Positions 37,681 through 48,790 are shown, counted from the first letter of the stretch. The stretch: 64,000 bases of DNA from Candidatus Thorarchaeota archaeon (GCA_019057475.1 DXJO01000001.1:38028-102027); one strand, 5' to 3'. A program made the numbers and translations. The notes: a model not told the origin generated them from the letters alone.

Positions 37681-40053
37681 ATGCCGAAAGTTGGGAGAGT
37701 AGTATTATCTATCTTATTCACTAGTGTGTTACTTGCTGGTCAAGCAATGCCGATTGTTAATGCGGCCTATGCCACATTATACGAGGTCACATATTCGCAA
37801 GACTTGCAGGCTGATGATAACGGTCATACATACCTCTATGTCCCTGAGAATGATCCTTTGTTTTACTCCGCGTCAGGGTTGGTTCATGACTCAGATATGA
37901 ATTACGCTGAATATCTGTACTACCAAGACTATTGGGTCAGAGCCCCTCATTCCATGTCGGGAATAGGTGAAAAGAAGGATTTCATTCAAGCCAGCGCAAT
38001 TACCATAGCGGATTGGCTTCTCGATGCATCGATAATGCCGAAGTTCTATGACTTTGCAAACTCAACGAATTCGTATGATCTGGACATCGATAACAAGCAA
38101 GTCTATTTTGGTGTTCCAGTAGGTGGTGAGGTTTCCGTAATCCTTGACCCTATGGTAGCATATTTTGGAGTGTTCAATGTCACTACGGAAGAGTTCTTTC
38201 ACCTTACTGTCACGTCCCGCCAGGATTTGACAGATATAATAATCATCATTCAAGACCAAATGGGACGCTTAATGAACTATGACTACCTACAGAATGGAAA
38301 CATCCATGTAATTCCATTTGCTCCTGATGGTCCGGGGATGTATGTTATCGGAATTTACGCCACCGCTGATAATGCAGGTCTTCCGATTGTAGACCTCTTA
38401 CTGAAGGCGATTACTCCTGATGAATTGCTACTAGGTGGGATTGTTGAAGGGGTACTGTCAGGAAGTGAGCTTGTTGTAAAGAACGGCGCTGGAGATACAG
38501 TGCACCAAGAAAAAGCACCATCAGCTCACACATTCAAATTCAGTTCCAACTACACCCATCCTGGAAAACTAAGATACTCCATGAACTTTCCAGAGCTAGA
38601 TGACGATGTTTATGACCCCTTTGAGACCGAGCTCCAGATCACTACCGATACCACCTATACAATGACTGGTGGGTATGCCAAGTATCTTTCAATGCCTGAC
38701 CCTAATGGCGATACTATCTATTATCAGTCCTTCCAGAATGAAACATATTACTTCACGATAATGGGAATGGAAGAAACCACGTACACACTTCTAAATGAGA
38801 TACCCGATGTCCCACTACTCCCATTGAGTACACCGTTCTATCTTGAGAGCTGGAATATCGGTGCACAGAGGTTTGCATATAGACTTCCTCTCGCCACTGA
38901 CTCACTTCTCAAAATTAATACTACTAACCCTTCAGGCTTCTCATGGAGGATCTACAGAACTTTCGGGGACAATATCTATCGGGTCGCGTATCCTACGGAT
39001 GCATCATCCTTCCATACTGCTAAACCACTTTATCTTCCAGCTGGCAGCTACCTTGTTGTTGGAACTGCAGGAGGAATGGACTACAACGCCGTCACTCAAT
39101 TTACACTTGGGCCAGTGTTGGATGGTGTAGGCGGAGTGGCTGTTGACAACGGTGGAATCATTGGTGTTCGAGTGCCAACTGATGCAATGACCTTCTACAG
39201 GGTGAATGTTACTCTCGAGACTCATGACAACGTTTCTGTAAGAGCTGATGTAGATATTCTGAACCGATATGGTATCATCCTTCGCGGAACTCAACCTCAA
39301 CTTGGCAATATTCAATCAGGAACCGGCTGGGTTGAATACGGTTCAAACCGTAGTACGGTGGTGATGGGGCTCCCGCCCTTTTATGATATGTTCTGCGATG
39401 GCTTTGGAATCATCGCCATAAGTCCATACGAAGTCCGGAATAACACAGGCTTTTCTCTTACCAACGAATTTGGCACCTACACGGCAGACTATTCAGTCAC
39501 CGTAGAAGACTACTTGTCTGGTTTTATGAATGGGACAAATACTGCTACAGTAACTAGCAGTCCTCAGTGGTCTAACTTTACTCTAGGTGAACCAGGAGAT
39601 CCCTTTGAATGGTATATGATTGACATGTCCTGCGAAGCTGGCACATGGTTCAATGTTACATACTTGGCCCAGGATATTTCCTCCATGAACCAGATTTTCA
39701 TCTATCAAAGACACAAAGGCTGTGTCCAGATGTTGGACCTCGACAATAGTCTTGTGAACACATTTGCTGGAGACACAAGCAGAGCCCAATTCCAGTTTGG
39801 TAGCATCTCAGATGGTCTGTATATCATCTTCTCAATTGCTCGTGATACAGGATTGGAAGGTTCACTTGACGTCTTGATATCACCCTACTTGACAAATCAA
39901 TACGAGTATCCACCTGCGCCTGTGTACGTTGCATCGCCCTCGGCGGGCGGTATCATACCACTCGCCATAGATCCTCTCATCCTATTTGGTGGAGTTGGAA
40001 TCGCAGTAGTGATAGTTGCTGTTGTCCTCGTTAAGAAGAGAGGTGCTGCATAA
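37681..40053 (+). CDS. Secreted beta-rich surface protein with C-terminal TM anchor
   Basis: Signal peptide, aromatic/beta-rich body, TM helix plus KKRG tail; intact paralog of 23610-25978. Confidence 0.8.
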   Translation: MPKVGRVVLSILFTSVLLAGQAMPIVNAAYATLYEVTYSQDLQADDNGHTYLYVPENDPLFYSASGLVHDSDMNYAEYLYYQDYWVRAPHSMSGIGEKKDFIQASAITIADWLLDASIMPKFYDFANSTNSYDLDIDNKQVYFGVPVGGEVSVILDPMVAYFGVFNVTTEEFFHLTVTSRQDLTDIIIIIQDQMGRLMNYDYLQNGNIHVIPFAPDGPGMYVIGIYATADNAGLPIVDLLLKAITPDELLLGGIVEGVLSGSELVVKNGAGDTVHQEKAPSAHTFKFSSNYTHPGKLRYSMNFPELDDDVYDPFETELQITTDTTYTMTGGYAKYLSMPDPNGDTIYYQSFQNETYYFTIMGMEETTYTLLNEIPDVPLLPLSTPFYLESWNIGAQRFAYRLPLATDSLLKINTTNPSGFSWRIYRTFGDNIYRVAYPTDASSFHTAKPLYLPAGSYLVVGTAGGMDYNAVTQFTLGPVLDGVGGVAVDNGGIIGVRVPTDAMTFYRVNVTLETHDNVSVRADVDILNRYGIILRGTQPQLGNIQSGTGWVEYGSNRSTVVMGLPPFYDMFCDGFGIIAISPYEVRNNTGFSLTNEFGTYTADYSVTVEDYLSGFMNGTNTATVTSSPQWSNFTLGEPGDPFEWYMIDMSCEAGTWFNVTYLAQDISSMNQIFIYQRHKGCVQMLDLDNSLVNTFAGDTSRAQFQFGSISDGLYIIFSIARDTGLEGSLDVLISPYLTNQYEYPPAPVYVASPSAGGIIPLAIDPLILFGGVGIAVVIVAVVLVKKRGAA

Positions 40054-40091
40054 CTGATTCATTGAGTCACGCCAATGGAGGAGAAAAGACG

Positions 40092-43000
40092 ATGCGAAAG
40101 ATGTTATGCACAATCCTACTAGCAATTCTCGTACTACAGTCCACAGTACTTGCGTCAAACCTCGCAAAGTCCCCTAGTGCAGTAGATAGAGCACCTACAG
40201 GTCCATCATTTGTTGCACAAGAACCTGGCTCAAGGCTTGAACCTGATGAATACACAAACCATGTTCCAATCTTGATTGACGAGTCGTCTGACTTCAGTAG
40301 TCAAGGATGGCCAGGTTCCGGTACAGAAGCAAATCCGTATGTGTTTGAAGGTCTGAACATTCACTATGATGTTGATTTACCTTTGATACACATTATCAAC
40401 GTGGACGACTACTTTGTTGTACGGGACTGCCTTCTGATGCAGAACTCAACTGATGGTGCTGTAGTATTCGTCAACATTACTCATGGTGTTATCGAATACT
40501 GCGATGTTTATTCTGTTGGCGATGGAATCTACCTTGAAAACGCAGCCAATACGGTCATTGACCATGTGGAGGTTGAGGCGTACGATAGTAGTTTCCATGC
40601 CGTGGCTTGCTATGATTCAGGCTCAGTTGAAGTAGCAGAATCTCTTGTCCGAAATCTCGGCTATATTGGAATGTACGTCAACAACAGTCATTCCTTTGAT
40701 TCTAGAGGCACAACATACTCTGGTGCATCTGGCCGGGTTTGCCTTCGGATCTGGAATTCAAATGGAGCTACGAGCATTAACGACACAGTCGGACCATTTG
40801 GCCTTGGACTAGACCTGACATACTGTAATGACATGTTTTTCTCGGGCCTTATGGCCCCAGTGATCACTAATGGATTTGCGATGTCAATGTGTAATGGCCT
40901 AGTTCTCAAGCATGCCGAAATTATGGCAAGCACGAATGCTGTGACAGTGAATGATTGCGTTGGAGTGAATATCATAGATTCGACTATGACAGGTTCTGGT
41001 GACGATATCATCTTCTTGATGAACGCAAACAACTCCTTGGTTTCAGGCAACGCATTGTATGACTCTGGTGATTGTGGGATCTACCTCGACAGTTGCTTTG
41101 AGATGAGCATTGTTGATAACGAAATATCGGACATTAATTTCAGGGGCATCTGGGCAGAATTTTCAGATTCTCTGATAATTGAAGGCAATTATATCGCTGA
41201 CACAGGCGACGATGGTATTAGGTTAATCACTTGCGATGGTATCATTATCCACTCCAACCGCATTGACTCACCTGGTGAATACCCAATCTGGCTTGTGTCC
41301 GCTCACAATGGTGAAATAACTTTCAACGATATAGGCAATAATTCAGGCAATGTTGGAATTGCCATGCTACCCGGTGAGAATTGGACAATTGCAGATAATC
41401 ATTTCGAGGATCTATGGGGTGCTCTATTTGCCAATTTGGGTTGCAGGAACATCGATCTTTATAGAAATGATGTTGTGGATGTAGATTCGTACTGGTTTGC
41501 ACTCCTAGATTGTGTTGACACGAACATCGTTAGCAATTCGCTTCGTGACTCAAGTTATTGGGGGCTCGCTATTGATGGTGCTGCACATCGCACATTGGTT
41601 CAGGGCAATACTCTAGATACTGCCGAGCGTTCAATCGATGCTTTTGCAGATAATATTACAATCGAAGACAATCAGATCTTGAACTCGGGATACTATGCAA
41701 TCAATACGAACTCCGGCACTGAGAATCTTCAGGTCATTGGTAACCACATCCTCAACTCTGGTAGTCACGCATTCTACCTCACTGGAGCCACAGACCCGGT
41801 TTTCAGAGATAACGTCATCGATGGTGCTGAGAGAGGAGTATATGTTTCAGGATTAGCGCATGCCATATTTGAGAATAACAGCTTCACAGACTGTGGCATT
41901 CACTTCGACAAGGATTTGGGCTTCTCTGATTACAATCACTCCTTCATTGGCAATCATGTCAATGGCAAACCGTTCTACTATGCAATTAATGCAGATGGAC
42001 TCAACCTTGATGGGAACGAGTATGGAGAAATCATGCTGGTGAACTGTACGAACAGTAACATCTCTGGTGGAGAGTTCATTAATTCAACCTCATCGATATT
42101 GCTATTCCGTTGTGACGAGATTGATATCTCAAACACTGTTTCGCAGTTCAACTGGTACCCATTCCTGTTTGATGATTGTAACAATGTTACTCTGTTTGAT
42201 TCCGTTCTGAGCGATAATACCGGCCAGTTTGGAATGACTGTTGCAGACAACGGGGACTTCATGTTGGATAATGTGACTATGCGAGATACGATTGGACAAG
42301 CAGCCATTTTCCTTAGCAGTACTCTTGGTTTCACAGTCCAAGATTGCAGCTTTAGCAACATAGGTGGAATAGCTATCTATGCTGCCGCTTCATTCTATGG
42401 GTGGATTGAAGGTTGTGATATCGTTGACGCATCGACAGGAATCTCGATGTTAGCTACACAAGACTCTGTGATTACCAATAACAACATCAAATGGAGTCAT
42501 TTTGCTATATATGCAGGCTCGGCGTCCCATAACTTCAATGTTACACTCAACAATCTACACGACAATGATTATGGAGTCTACATAGAGGATACAGACGCTT
42601 GGAATATTGTGGAGAATTCAATCCTCTGGAATTCCATTGCAGGCATTTACATGGACGATTGTTCGCCAACAGATGTAAGTTTGAATACTCTACACAATAT
42701 TGGCCAGAATGGTATTGATGATGGTTTCATCAGCAATTTCTGGGATAACGGAACGAACACAGGCAACTATTGGAGTTACTTCACTGGTGTTGTACCCCAT
42801 CCCGTTCCCGGCTCTGCTGGCTCAGTTGACCGGTATCCACTTCTCTTTGAAGTTACTGAACCGATTATCAATGAGCCTGAGGACATCTCATATGCTGAGT
42901 TTTCAGAAGGTAACGAGCTGGTCTGGTACCTATTCGATGACAACCTGCGAAACTGGGAGGTCCGTATCGACTCACAGTTCTGGCAAGGTGATGCTTGGAA

Positions 43001-43790
43001 TTTCGCCAACGTAGCTGTGAACATTGACGGTCTGGCTTACGGAACTCATACTGTTGACATCATTGTATGGGATCTGAGTGACAACAACGTTACAGACACT
43101 ATTGTCGTTACAGTTTTTGACAACATCGATCCAACAATCTCCTCTCCCCCTAACGCCATAATCTTCTACGGTGTTACAGGCAATGAGATCGTCTGGTATG
43201 TGGATGATCAAAACCCAGACACTTACGAGCTGTTTCGCGACGGTGAGGTATTCGTGACTGGAGACTGGCCTTCTGGTATGTATAATGTCAGTTTGGATGG
43301 GCTCTCTGAAGGCGAACATGAGTTCACTCTAATAATCTATGATGTTGATGGCAATGTGGCATCGGACACGGTGATTGTCCATGTCATTATGGATACTGCA
43401 GATCCAGAGCTCAACAGTCCCGATGATGTGAACTGTACTGTGGGAACAACAGGCAACTACATTATCTGGACTGCTAGCGACCAATTCCCATCACACTGGG
43501 TAGTGACAGAGAACAACACTGTCTTTGCCGAGGGTGATTGGGGTGGCACGGGTGTAGTCCTAGGTATCGATGACCTCAATGTGGGACACTACACCTTTGT
43601 AATCACTATCTATGATACAAGTGGCAACTCTGCAACGGATGCTGTCGATGTGACAGTGATACCGTTGGGCGGATTGCAGCCAGTAGCCCCACCAGACTTC
43701 ACATCGCTCATTGTGCCAGCAGTAGTCGTAGGAGCTGTTGTAGCTATTGCGGGAGTCGTTTACCTAAGGAAACGAAGACCTGCGAGTTAA
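40092..43790 (+). CDS. Right-handed parallel beta-helix (NosD/CASH) surface protein with Ig-like stalk
   Basis: QGWPGSGTE.NPY cap, many GI.L...N..I..N repeats, GNYWS...DRYPL, three Ig-like repeats, TM plus RKRR. Confidence 0.9.
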   Translation: MRKMLCTILLAILVLQSTVLASNLAKSPSAVDRAPTGPSFVAQEPGSRLEPDEYTNHVPILIDESSDFSSQGWPGSGTEANPYVFEGLNIHYDVDLPLIHIINVDDYFVVRDCLLMQNSTDGAVVFVNITHGVIEYCDVYSVGDGIYLENAANTVIDHVEVEAYDSSFHAVACYDSGSVEVAESLVRNLGYIGMYVNNSHSFDSRGTTYSGASGRVCLRIWNSNGATSINDTVGPFGLGLDLTYCNDMFFSGLMAPVITNGFAMSMCNGLVLKHAEIMASTNAVTVNDCVGVNIIDSTMTGSGDDIIFLMNANNSLVSGNALYDSGDCGIYLDSCFEMSIVDNEISDINFRGIWAEFSDSLIIEGNYIADTGDDGIRLITCDGIIIHSNRIDSPGEYPIWLVSAHNGEITFNDIGNNSGNVGIAMLPGENWTIADNHFEDLWGALFANLGCRNIDLYRNDVVDVDSYWFALLDCVDTNIVSNSLRDSSYWGLAIDGAAHRTLVQGNTLDTAERSIDAFADNITIEDNQILNSGYYAINTNSGTENLQVIGNHILNSGSHAFYLTGATDPVFRDNVIDGAERGVYVSGLAHAIFENNSFTDCGIHFDKDLGFSDYNHSFIGNHVNGKPFYYAINADGLNLDGNEYGEIMLVNCTNSNISGGEFINSTSSILLFRCDEIDISNTVSQFNWYPFLFDDCNNVTLFDSVLSDNTGQFGMTVADNGDFMLDNVTMRDTIGQAAIFLSSTLGFTVQDCSFSNIGGIAIYAAASFYGWIEGCDIVDASTGISMLATQDSVITNNNIKWSHFAIYAGSASHNFNVTLNNLHDNDYGVYIEDTDAWNIVENSILWNSIAGIYMDDCSPTDVSLNTLHNIGQNGIDDGFISNFWDNGTNTGNYWSYFTGVVPHPVPGSAGSVDRYPLLFEVTEPIINEPEDISYAEFSEGNELVWYLFDDNLRNWEVRIDSQFWQGDAWNFANVAVNIDGLAYGTHTVDIIVWDLSDNNVTDTIVVTVFDNIDPTISSPPNAIIFYGVTGNEIVWYVDDQNPDTYELFRDGEVFVTGDWPSGMYNVSLDGLSEGEHEFTLIIYDVDGNVASDTVIVHVIMDTADPELNSPDDVNCTVGTTGNYIIWTASDQFPSHWVVTENNTVFAEGDWGGTGVVLGIDDLNVGHYTFVITIYDTSGNSATDAVDVTVIPLGGLQPVAPPDFTSLIVPAVVVGAVVAIAGVVYLRKRRPAS

Positions 43791-43805
43791 GGAGGGAACA
43801 CTGAG

Positions 43806-46800
43806 ATGAAGAAACTAATCGTCGTAATCGTTGCGATAATACTTGCACTACAGCCTTTCGTAATCCTGGCCGCCACACCAGTGAACCCGTTCTGGTTACC
43901 AACCAGTACATCAAATGTAATGAGTCCTGCACAAGGTTCACGTCTAGAGGATAGTGAATACACCAATCACGTTCCGTTCGCAATCGAACAAACAAGTGAC
44001 TTCACAACTCAAGGGTGGCCGGGTGCGGGCACTGATAATGATCCGTATGTTATCTTAGCCTTAAAGATAGTCGCAGATTTCGATTTAATTTGTATCTCGA
44101 TAATGAACACAGCTGCACACTTTGTGATACGCGACTGCTACCTTGAACAGGGCTCAGCAATGGCGACTGTCCAGCTTCTCAACACAACTCATGGTTCTAT
44201 GGAGTACATAACGGTCAATGGCACGGAGAGTGGTATTCACATAATCAACGCCAACAATACGCTTGTCTCTCACACCGCTGCCTATAGTGGTTCAGGCAAT
44301 AGCATGTGGGTCCAACACTCTCATCATTGCGCAGTTGAGTGGAGCCTCTTTGATAGTGCAAACTTCAGAGCATTGCGTGTGGAAAACGCTAATTATTTCG
44401 CCGCTGACTATTGCGAATTCCATAACTACAACCCAAGTTGGTGCTGCACATATTTCTCAAATGCAAACCACACGGTGATTGATAATTGTGAGATGAATTC
44501 AGATGGCGGTGCAGCTGGAATCGCGTTTAATTCAAACTATTTCTCATCAATAAATGATACGAAAATATGGGCGCCTAGTGCAACCTTTGGAATTGCCATA
44601 GGCTTTTGTCCGGATATCACACTAACAGGATTGACCATCGGGCCCGCTGATACTGGAGCGGATATTTCCTACTGTTCCGGATTTCTCTTCGCTGATTCTT
44701 CGATTTCAGAAACGACATCTCACGGTGCAGTGATAGACAATTCACCGAGTTCGACGTTGTTGAGTCTTGATTTCTTCGACATAGGTTCGATAGGTGCCCA
44801 GATAATCCAGAGTAATGCGTGTGATATCATTGACTGTGTTGTTGACACAGCTTTGGCAAATGGTTTCTCTGTCCAGACTTCTGACGACCTCTATATTGAC
44901 AACCTCACAATGATGAATACAGGTGATCATGGTGTATACGTCTGGAACTCAGATAGAGCTAAGATTTCGAATTCCGTGATTGCAGACAGCCCCAATGCTA
45001 ATGGGTTCTATGCTGTAGCATCACACAATGGAACTTTCAGCAACAATCAAGTCAATGATATTGGTGATGTTGGATGTTACATTAATGACGGTGACAATTG
45101 GACAATCGCAGAAAACACAGTCCAAATAACGGCTGATATCGGCATTTTCGTTATTGGATCCAATGCCCAGGTTTACGACAATGAGGTATCCGATACCGAA
45201 GCTGAAGGGATTTACGTTGTCCCTGGTCATGATTCATGGATTGCTCGCAACAATGTGACAAACGCCGAATCGACTGCAATTGTGACAGACGGCAATCGTG
45301 CAGTAGTTGAGGGAAACATTATCACAGATTGTGAGCAGGGAATCACCATTAATAACGGAGATAACGTCACCATCGCAAACAACACTGTTTCCAGTTACGG
45401 TTTCTTGGGAGGTATCGGTATCTATGGTAGCATAACACCAATCGTGCAGTACAACCAAATATCCGGAACCCTGTGGGGAATCTCAGTTCAGTTGGTGGAA
45501 AATGGAACATTCACAGACAACACAATGACTGACTGTGGATTCTACTTCCAGGGTGGATGGCCACTTGGCTACTACAATCACGATGTGACTGGTAGTACTG
45601 TTAATGACCTGCCAATTTACTATGGCCTTCATCAGGAGTCTGGATTTGTGAGTGGTGATAACTATGGTCAGGTCATCCTTGCAAACTGTTCAGATTTCGA
45701 AGTTGACGGAGGGACCTTTGACAGTGTCACTTGCGCCCTTGAATTGTTCCACTGCGAAGAGATAGATGCACACCACATAATCTCTCGAAACAACTACTAT
45801 GGGTTTGTAATTACTGATTCTGACAATGTAACGCTCACTGGGTTGGATGTCAGCGGCAGAACGAATTCATACGGAATCTACGCTTCTAAGGCAGATGCGT
45901 TTGCTCTGGTCAATTCTTCAGTCAGTGGTTTTTCAGGATCAACCAGATACGGTCTTCGCGTTATTGACTCCATTGTGGTCACTGTGGATGATTGTTATTT
46001 CGACAGCAATTATCGAGGAATCTACACAACTGGCACGCTCAACATTACTGTGGTGGATTCCGAGTTTATTGACATAGACTATGAGGGCATCTCAGTATGG
46101 AGTAGTACTAGCATGTACCATCTGATAGAGAACAATGTCTTCTTGAATGTCAGTCGCGCATTGTATTGTGACAGAGCTTCACAATGGATGATTAGAGGTA
46201 ATTTGGTTAGACATTGTGACATTACAGGGTTCTACATCGGTGGCTCTACTGCTGATTATGTGAATATCACACAGAACACAATAGAGAGCAGCCGAGATGG
46301 TATCTACACTAACGGCGGTGATTTTGTCTATATCTACAACAACACCATCCGATGGAACACTCGTTATGGAGTATACATGGCCGGTTCATCACCTCACGGT
46401 GTCTTCTATAACGTCATAGCTTTCAGTGGTACTGCAAATGGCTACTCCTCGACGGTAACATATTGGGATGATGGTGTTTCATTGGGCAACTGGTGGGATG
46501 ATTATTCCCCACCTGGTTCCTACACTAAACTCGGAAATGGCGAGGATAGATACCCGATGCAGTATCTACCGGTCTTACCAATCATAGACCAGCCTCAAGA
46601 TGTCACCATTGAAGAGATCTCAACAGGGAACACGATCACATGGCAACCCTATGACGATTCGCTTCGTGATTGGGAGGTTTACATAGATGGTGTCTTCTGG
46701 GCAGCTGAAGCCTGGAACTTCAACGATGTGACTGTTGACATCGATGAACTAGCCTATGGCACTCACACAGTTCTAGTTACAGTCTATGATGTTGACCAAA

Positions 46801-47507
46801 ACAGTGTTTCAGATACTGTGTTGGTGCATGTAGTTGACGGAACTGATCCTGTAATTGATGCTCCTGCGAACACAATAGCTTTCCTTGATGCTACCGGACA
46901 GACCCTCACTTGGGAGGCGTACGACTTTAATCCTGGGACATATGGCGTTGAGATTGATGGTGAAGTAGCAGAGAGCGGTAATTGGACATCTGGAACTGTA
47001 GAGTACAGTATTGACGACCTAGAGCTAGGACTGCATCATGTTGTTCTGGTGATCTACGACCTTGATATGAACTCTGCTGGAGCAGGTGTCTGGGTTGAAG
47101 TGGTTGATGATGCCACAGACCCAAGCATCGACAGTCCTGCTGATCTTGAGATGATTGAGGGTTCAACAGGAAACAACATCATTTGGACTCCAGAGGACAA
47201 GTATCCCGATCGATACGAGGTTCATTACATTGGTAGCGTGATCGTGTCGGATGATTGGGGCGGTTCAAGAATAGTAGTTGTCGTTGATGATCTGCTTGCG
47301 GGCACACATGTCATGACTCTGACAGTATACGATGGCGCAGGCAATTCCGCTTCAGATGAGGTCACAGTAACTGTGATTCAAGTGGCCCCAGTGACCCCAC
47401 CACCAAGTGATGACATAGGGTTGCTAATGATGATTGGAGCAGCCGTGGGTGCGGCTGTTGTTGTCATCGCCATAGTCTACTTCCTGAGGAAACGAAAAGC
47501 CAGTTAG
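43806..47507 (+). CDS. Right-handed parallel beta-helix (NosD/CASH) surface protein, tandem paralog
   Basis: Same architecture: QGWPGAGT..DPY, GNWWDDY...DRYP, three Ig-like repeats, TM plus RKRK. Confidence 0.9.
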   Translation: MKKLIVVIVAIILALQPFVILAATPVNPFWLPTSTSNVMSPAQGSRLEDSEYTNHVPFAIEQTSDFTTQGWPGAGTDNDPYVILALKIVADFDLICISIMNTAAHFVIRDCYLEQGSAMATVQLLNTTHGSMEYITVNGTESGIHIINANNTLVSHTAAYSGSGNSMWVQHSHHCAVEWSLFDSANFRALRVENANYFAADYCEFHNYNPSWCCTYFSNANHTVIDNCEMNSDGGAAGIAFNSNYFSSINDTKIWAPSATFGIAIGFCPDITLTGLTIGPADTGADISYCSGFLFADSSISETTSHGAVIDNSPSSTLLSLDFFDIGSIGAQIIQSNACDIIDCVVDTALANGFSVQTSDDLYIDNLTMMNTGDHGVYVWNSDRAKISNSVIADSPNANGFYAVASHNGTFSNNQVNDIGDVGCYINDGDNWTIAENTVQITADIGIFVIGSNAQVYDNEVSDTEAEGIYVVPGHDSWIARNNVTNAESTAIVTDGNRAVVEGNIITDCEQGITINNGDNVTIANNTVSSYGFLGGIGIYGSITPIVQYNQISGTLWGISVQLVENGTFTDNTMTDCGFYFQGGWPLGYYNHDVTGSTVNDLPIYYGLHQESGFVSGDNYGQVILANCSDFEVDGGTFDSVTCALELFHCEEIDAHHIISRNNYYGFVITDSDNVTLTGLDVSGRTNSYGIYASKADAFALVNSSVSGFSGSTRYGLRVIDSIVVTVDDCYFDSNYRGIYTTGTLNITVVDSEFIDIDYEGISVWSSTSMYHLIENNVFLNVSRALYCDRASQWMIRGNLVRHCDITGFYIGGSTADYVNITQNTIESSRDGIYTNGGDFVYIYNNTIRWNTRYGVYMAGSSPHGVFYNVIAFSGTANGYSSTVTYWDDGVSLGNWWDDYSPPGSYTKLGNGEDRYPMQYLPVLPIIDQPQDVTIEEISTGNTITWQPYDDSLRDWEVYIDGVFWAAEAWNFNDVTVDIDELAYGTHTVLVTVYDVDQNSVSDTVLVHVVDGTDPVIDAPANTIAFLDATGQTLTWEAYDFNPGTYGVEIDGEVAESGNWTSGTVEYSIDDLELGLHHVVLVIYDLDMNSAGAGVWVEVVDDATDPSIDSPADLEMIEGSTGNNIIWTPEDKYPDRYEVHYIGSVIVSDDWGGSRIVVVVDDLLAGTHVMTLTVYDGAGNSASDEVTVTVIQVAPVTPPPSDDIGLLMMIGAAVGAAVVVIAIVYFLRKRKAS

Positions 47508-47540
47508 TCGAACGGAATCCGCCTTTGGAATAGGATAGAT

Positions 47541-47563
47541 GAGGCCCAGTCCTTTTGGGCCTC
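47541..47563. terminator. Stem-loop between convergent genes
   Basis: GAGGCCCA-N7-TGGGCCTC. Confidence 0.6.
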
Positions 47564-47587
47564 TCCCTTTCTAGACCTGTTCTCATC

Positions 47588-48790
47588 TTATGTCAAGGCA
47601 GCGAGGGGCCCGTTTGGCAGGCTTTCTCCAGTCAGTCCGAGCCTCTTCAGGAGCGGCGTGTTATGTGTCCAGACGTTAAGATCAGGACGAAGAACTGACT
47701 CCAGAATCGCCCGAACATTTATTTCAGCATCAAGAGAAACTGGAGAGGTCTCCAGAGCTTTCTTCACACCAGCCCTCGCAATCCAGGGCCCTAGGATGGT
47801 GTTGCGTTGATCTTGAAGTAAGTGGAAGACTGTGACATGATAGCTCGTCTTCTTCCTGACGAGGTTGGAATACACTGAGAATCTTGCATGATCTGCAAAC
47901 ACTGATGTCTTTGGGTCTGTGTCTGGGTACCTGAGGTCTTCGAAGCTTGTACCCCTAGATGTCTTCCCCCCTAGTTGCTCGACTCTAATGTAATCCACTC
48001 TTGGCTCTCCAGGCTGCATGATAATCGTAAACGTGTCCCCGAATGAATTCGCCAGATGCATTTTGGTAGTATCAGCAAATGGTTCCTCAACGAGCTCCAT
48101 CACTGCTCTGCTGATGAAAGAATCTATGACCGCTTTGTATGCGCTCTTCATGGGTACGAGTCTTCGGTTGGCTAATCTGCCAAGAAGCCCAACGGACATC
48201 AAACGTACTACTCGGTCCAGGGAGTAGTCGTAGTCAAGAAGACTCCAGATTGATTCGCTAGCAGGCACATCCTTCTCAGTTATTCTTTTGGCGACATTGC
48301 TTATCTCAGGGTCGGACAAGACCTCTATTGACTTCACCTGCACCGTTGGACTGCAAGGGAGAAGACCTCCTCTCTTGTGAAGGTGGCGTGGAGGTACGGA
48401 GGTAACCTCCACACCGAGCGCTACCGGGGTTACGGAAAGCGCAATTGTCTGCAGGGATTCGACTGTTTCTCTAGGTTGCATGTTACGTGCATCAATATTG
48501 ATCGCGAATTGGTAGAGGTGCCGACGCATGGAGAGAATAGCCTCTCTATTGAGCCCCTCCCAAGCTTCTGGGTGGTCGTATATTGAGAGCCATTCCAAGG
48601 GCTCTTTTGAGGCCAGAACACCTCCAGAGAGAATGGGGTACTTGCTAGTCTGCATGAAGATACCAGGCGGACTGAAGACGGTGAGCGGTCTATGGCCTGA
48701 TACTTGCTCAAGCTGGATTTGCGTAGTCAGAGCTTGACTGGATAGCGTAGTAATACCCCCTGTGGAGGATGGATCCACGTTATCTAGCAC
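47588..48790 (-). CDS. Divergent Nre family DNA-repair protein
   Basis: SPPGIF....YP, D.PE.W, SVGLLG...RRLVP, LGPWIAR.GVKKA match Nre blocks. Confidence 0.7.
   Translation of the reverse strand: MLDNVDPSSTGGITTLSSQALTTQIQLEQVSGHRPLTVFSPPGIFMQTSKYPILSGGVLASKEPLEWLSIYDHPEAWEGLNREAILSMRRHLYQFAINIDARNMQPRETVESLQTIALSVTPVALGVEVTSVPPRHLHKRGGLLPCSPTVQVKSIEVLSDPEISNVAKRITEKDVPASESIWSLLDYDYSLDRVVRLMSVGLLGRLANRRLVPMKSAYKAVIDSFISRAVMELVEEPFADTTKMHLANSFGDTFTIIMQPGEPRVDYIRVEQLGGKTSRGTSFEDLRYPDTDPKTSVFADHARFSVYSNLVRKKTSYHVTVFHLLQDQRNTILGPWIARAGVKKALETSPVSLDAEINVRAILESVLRPDLNVWTHNTPLLKRLGLTGESLPNGPLAALT

Noticed and set aside
40092-47507. Diversity-generating retroelement or recent duplication in the beta-helix pair
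   Set aside because: No reverse transcriptase and no near-identical template/variable repeat seen; the copies are diverged throughout.
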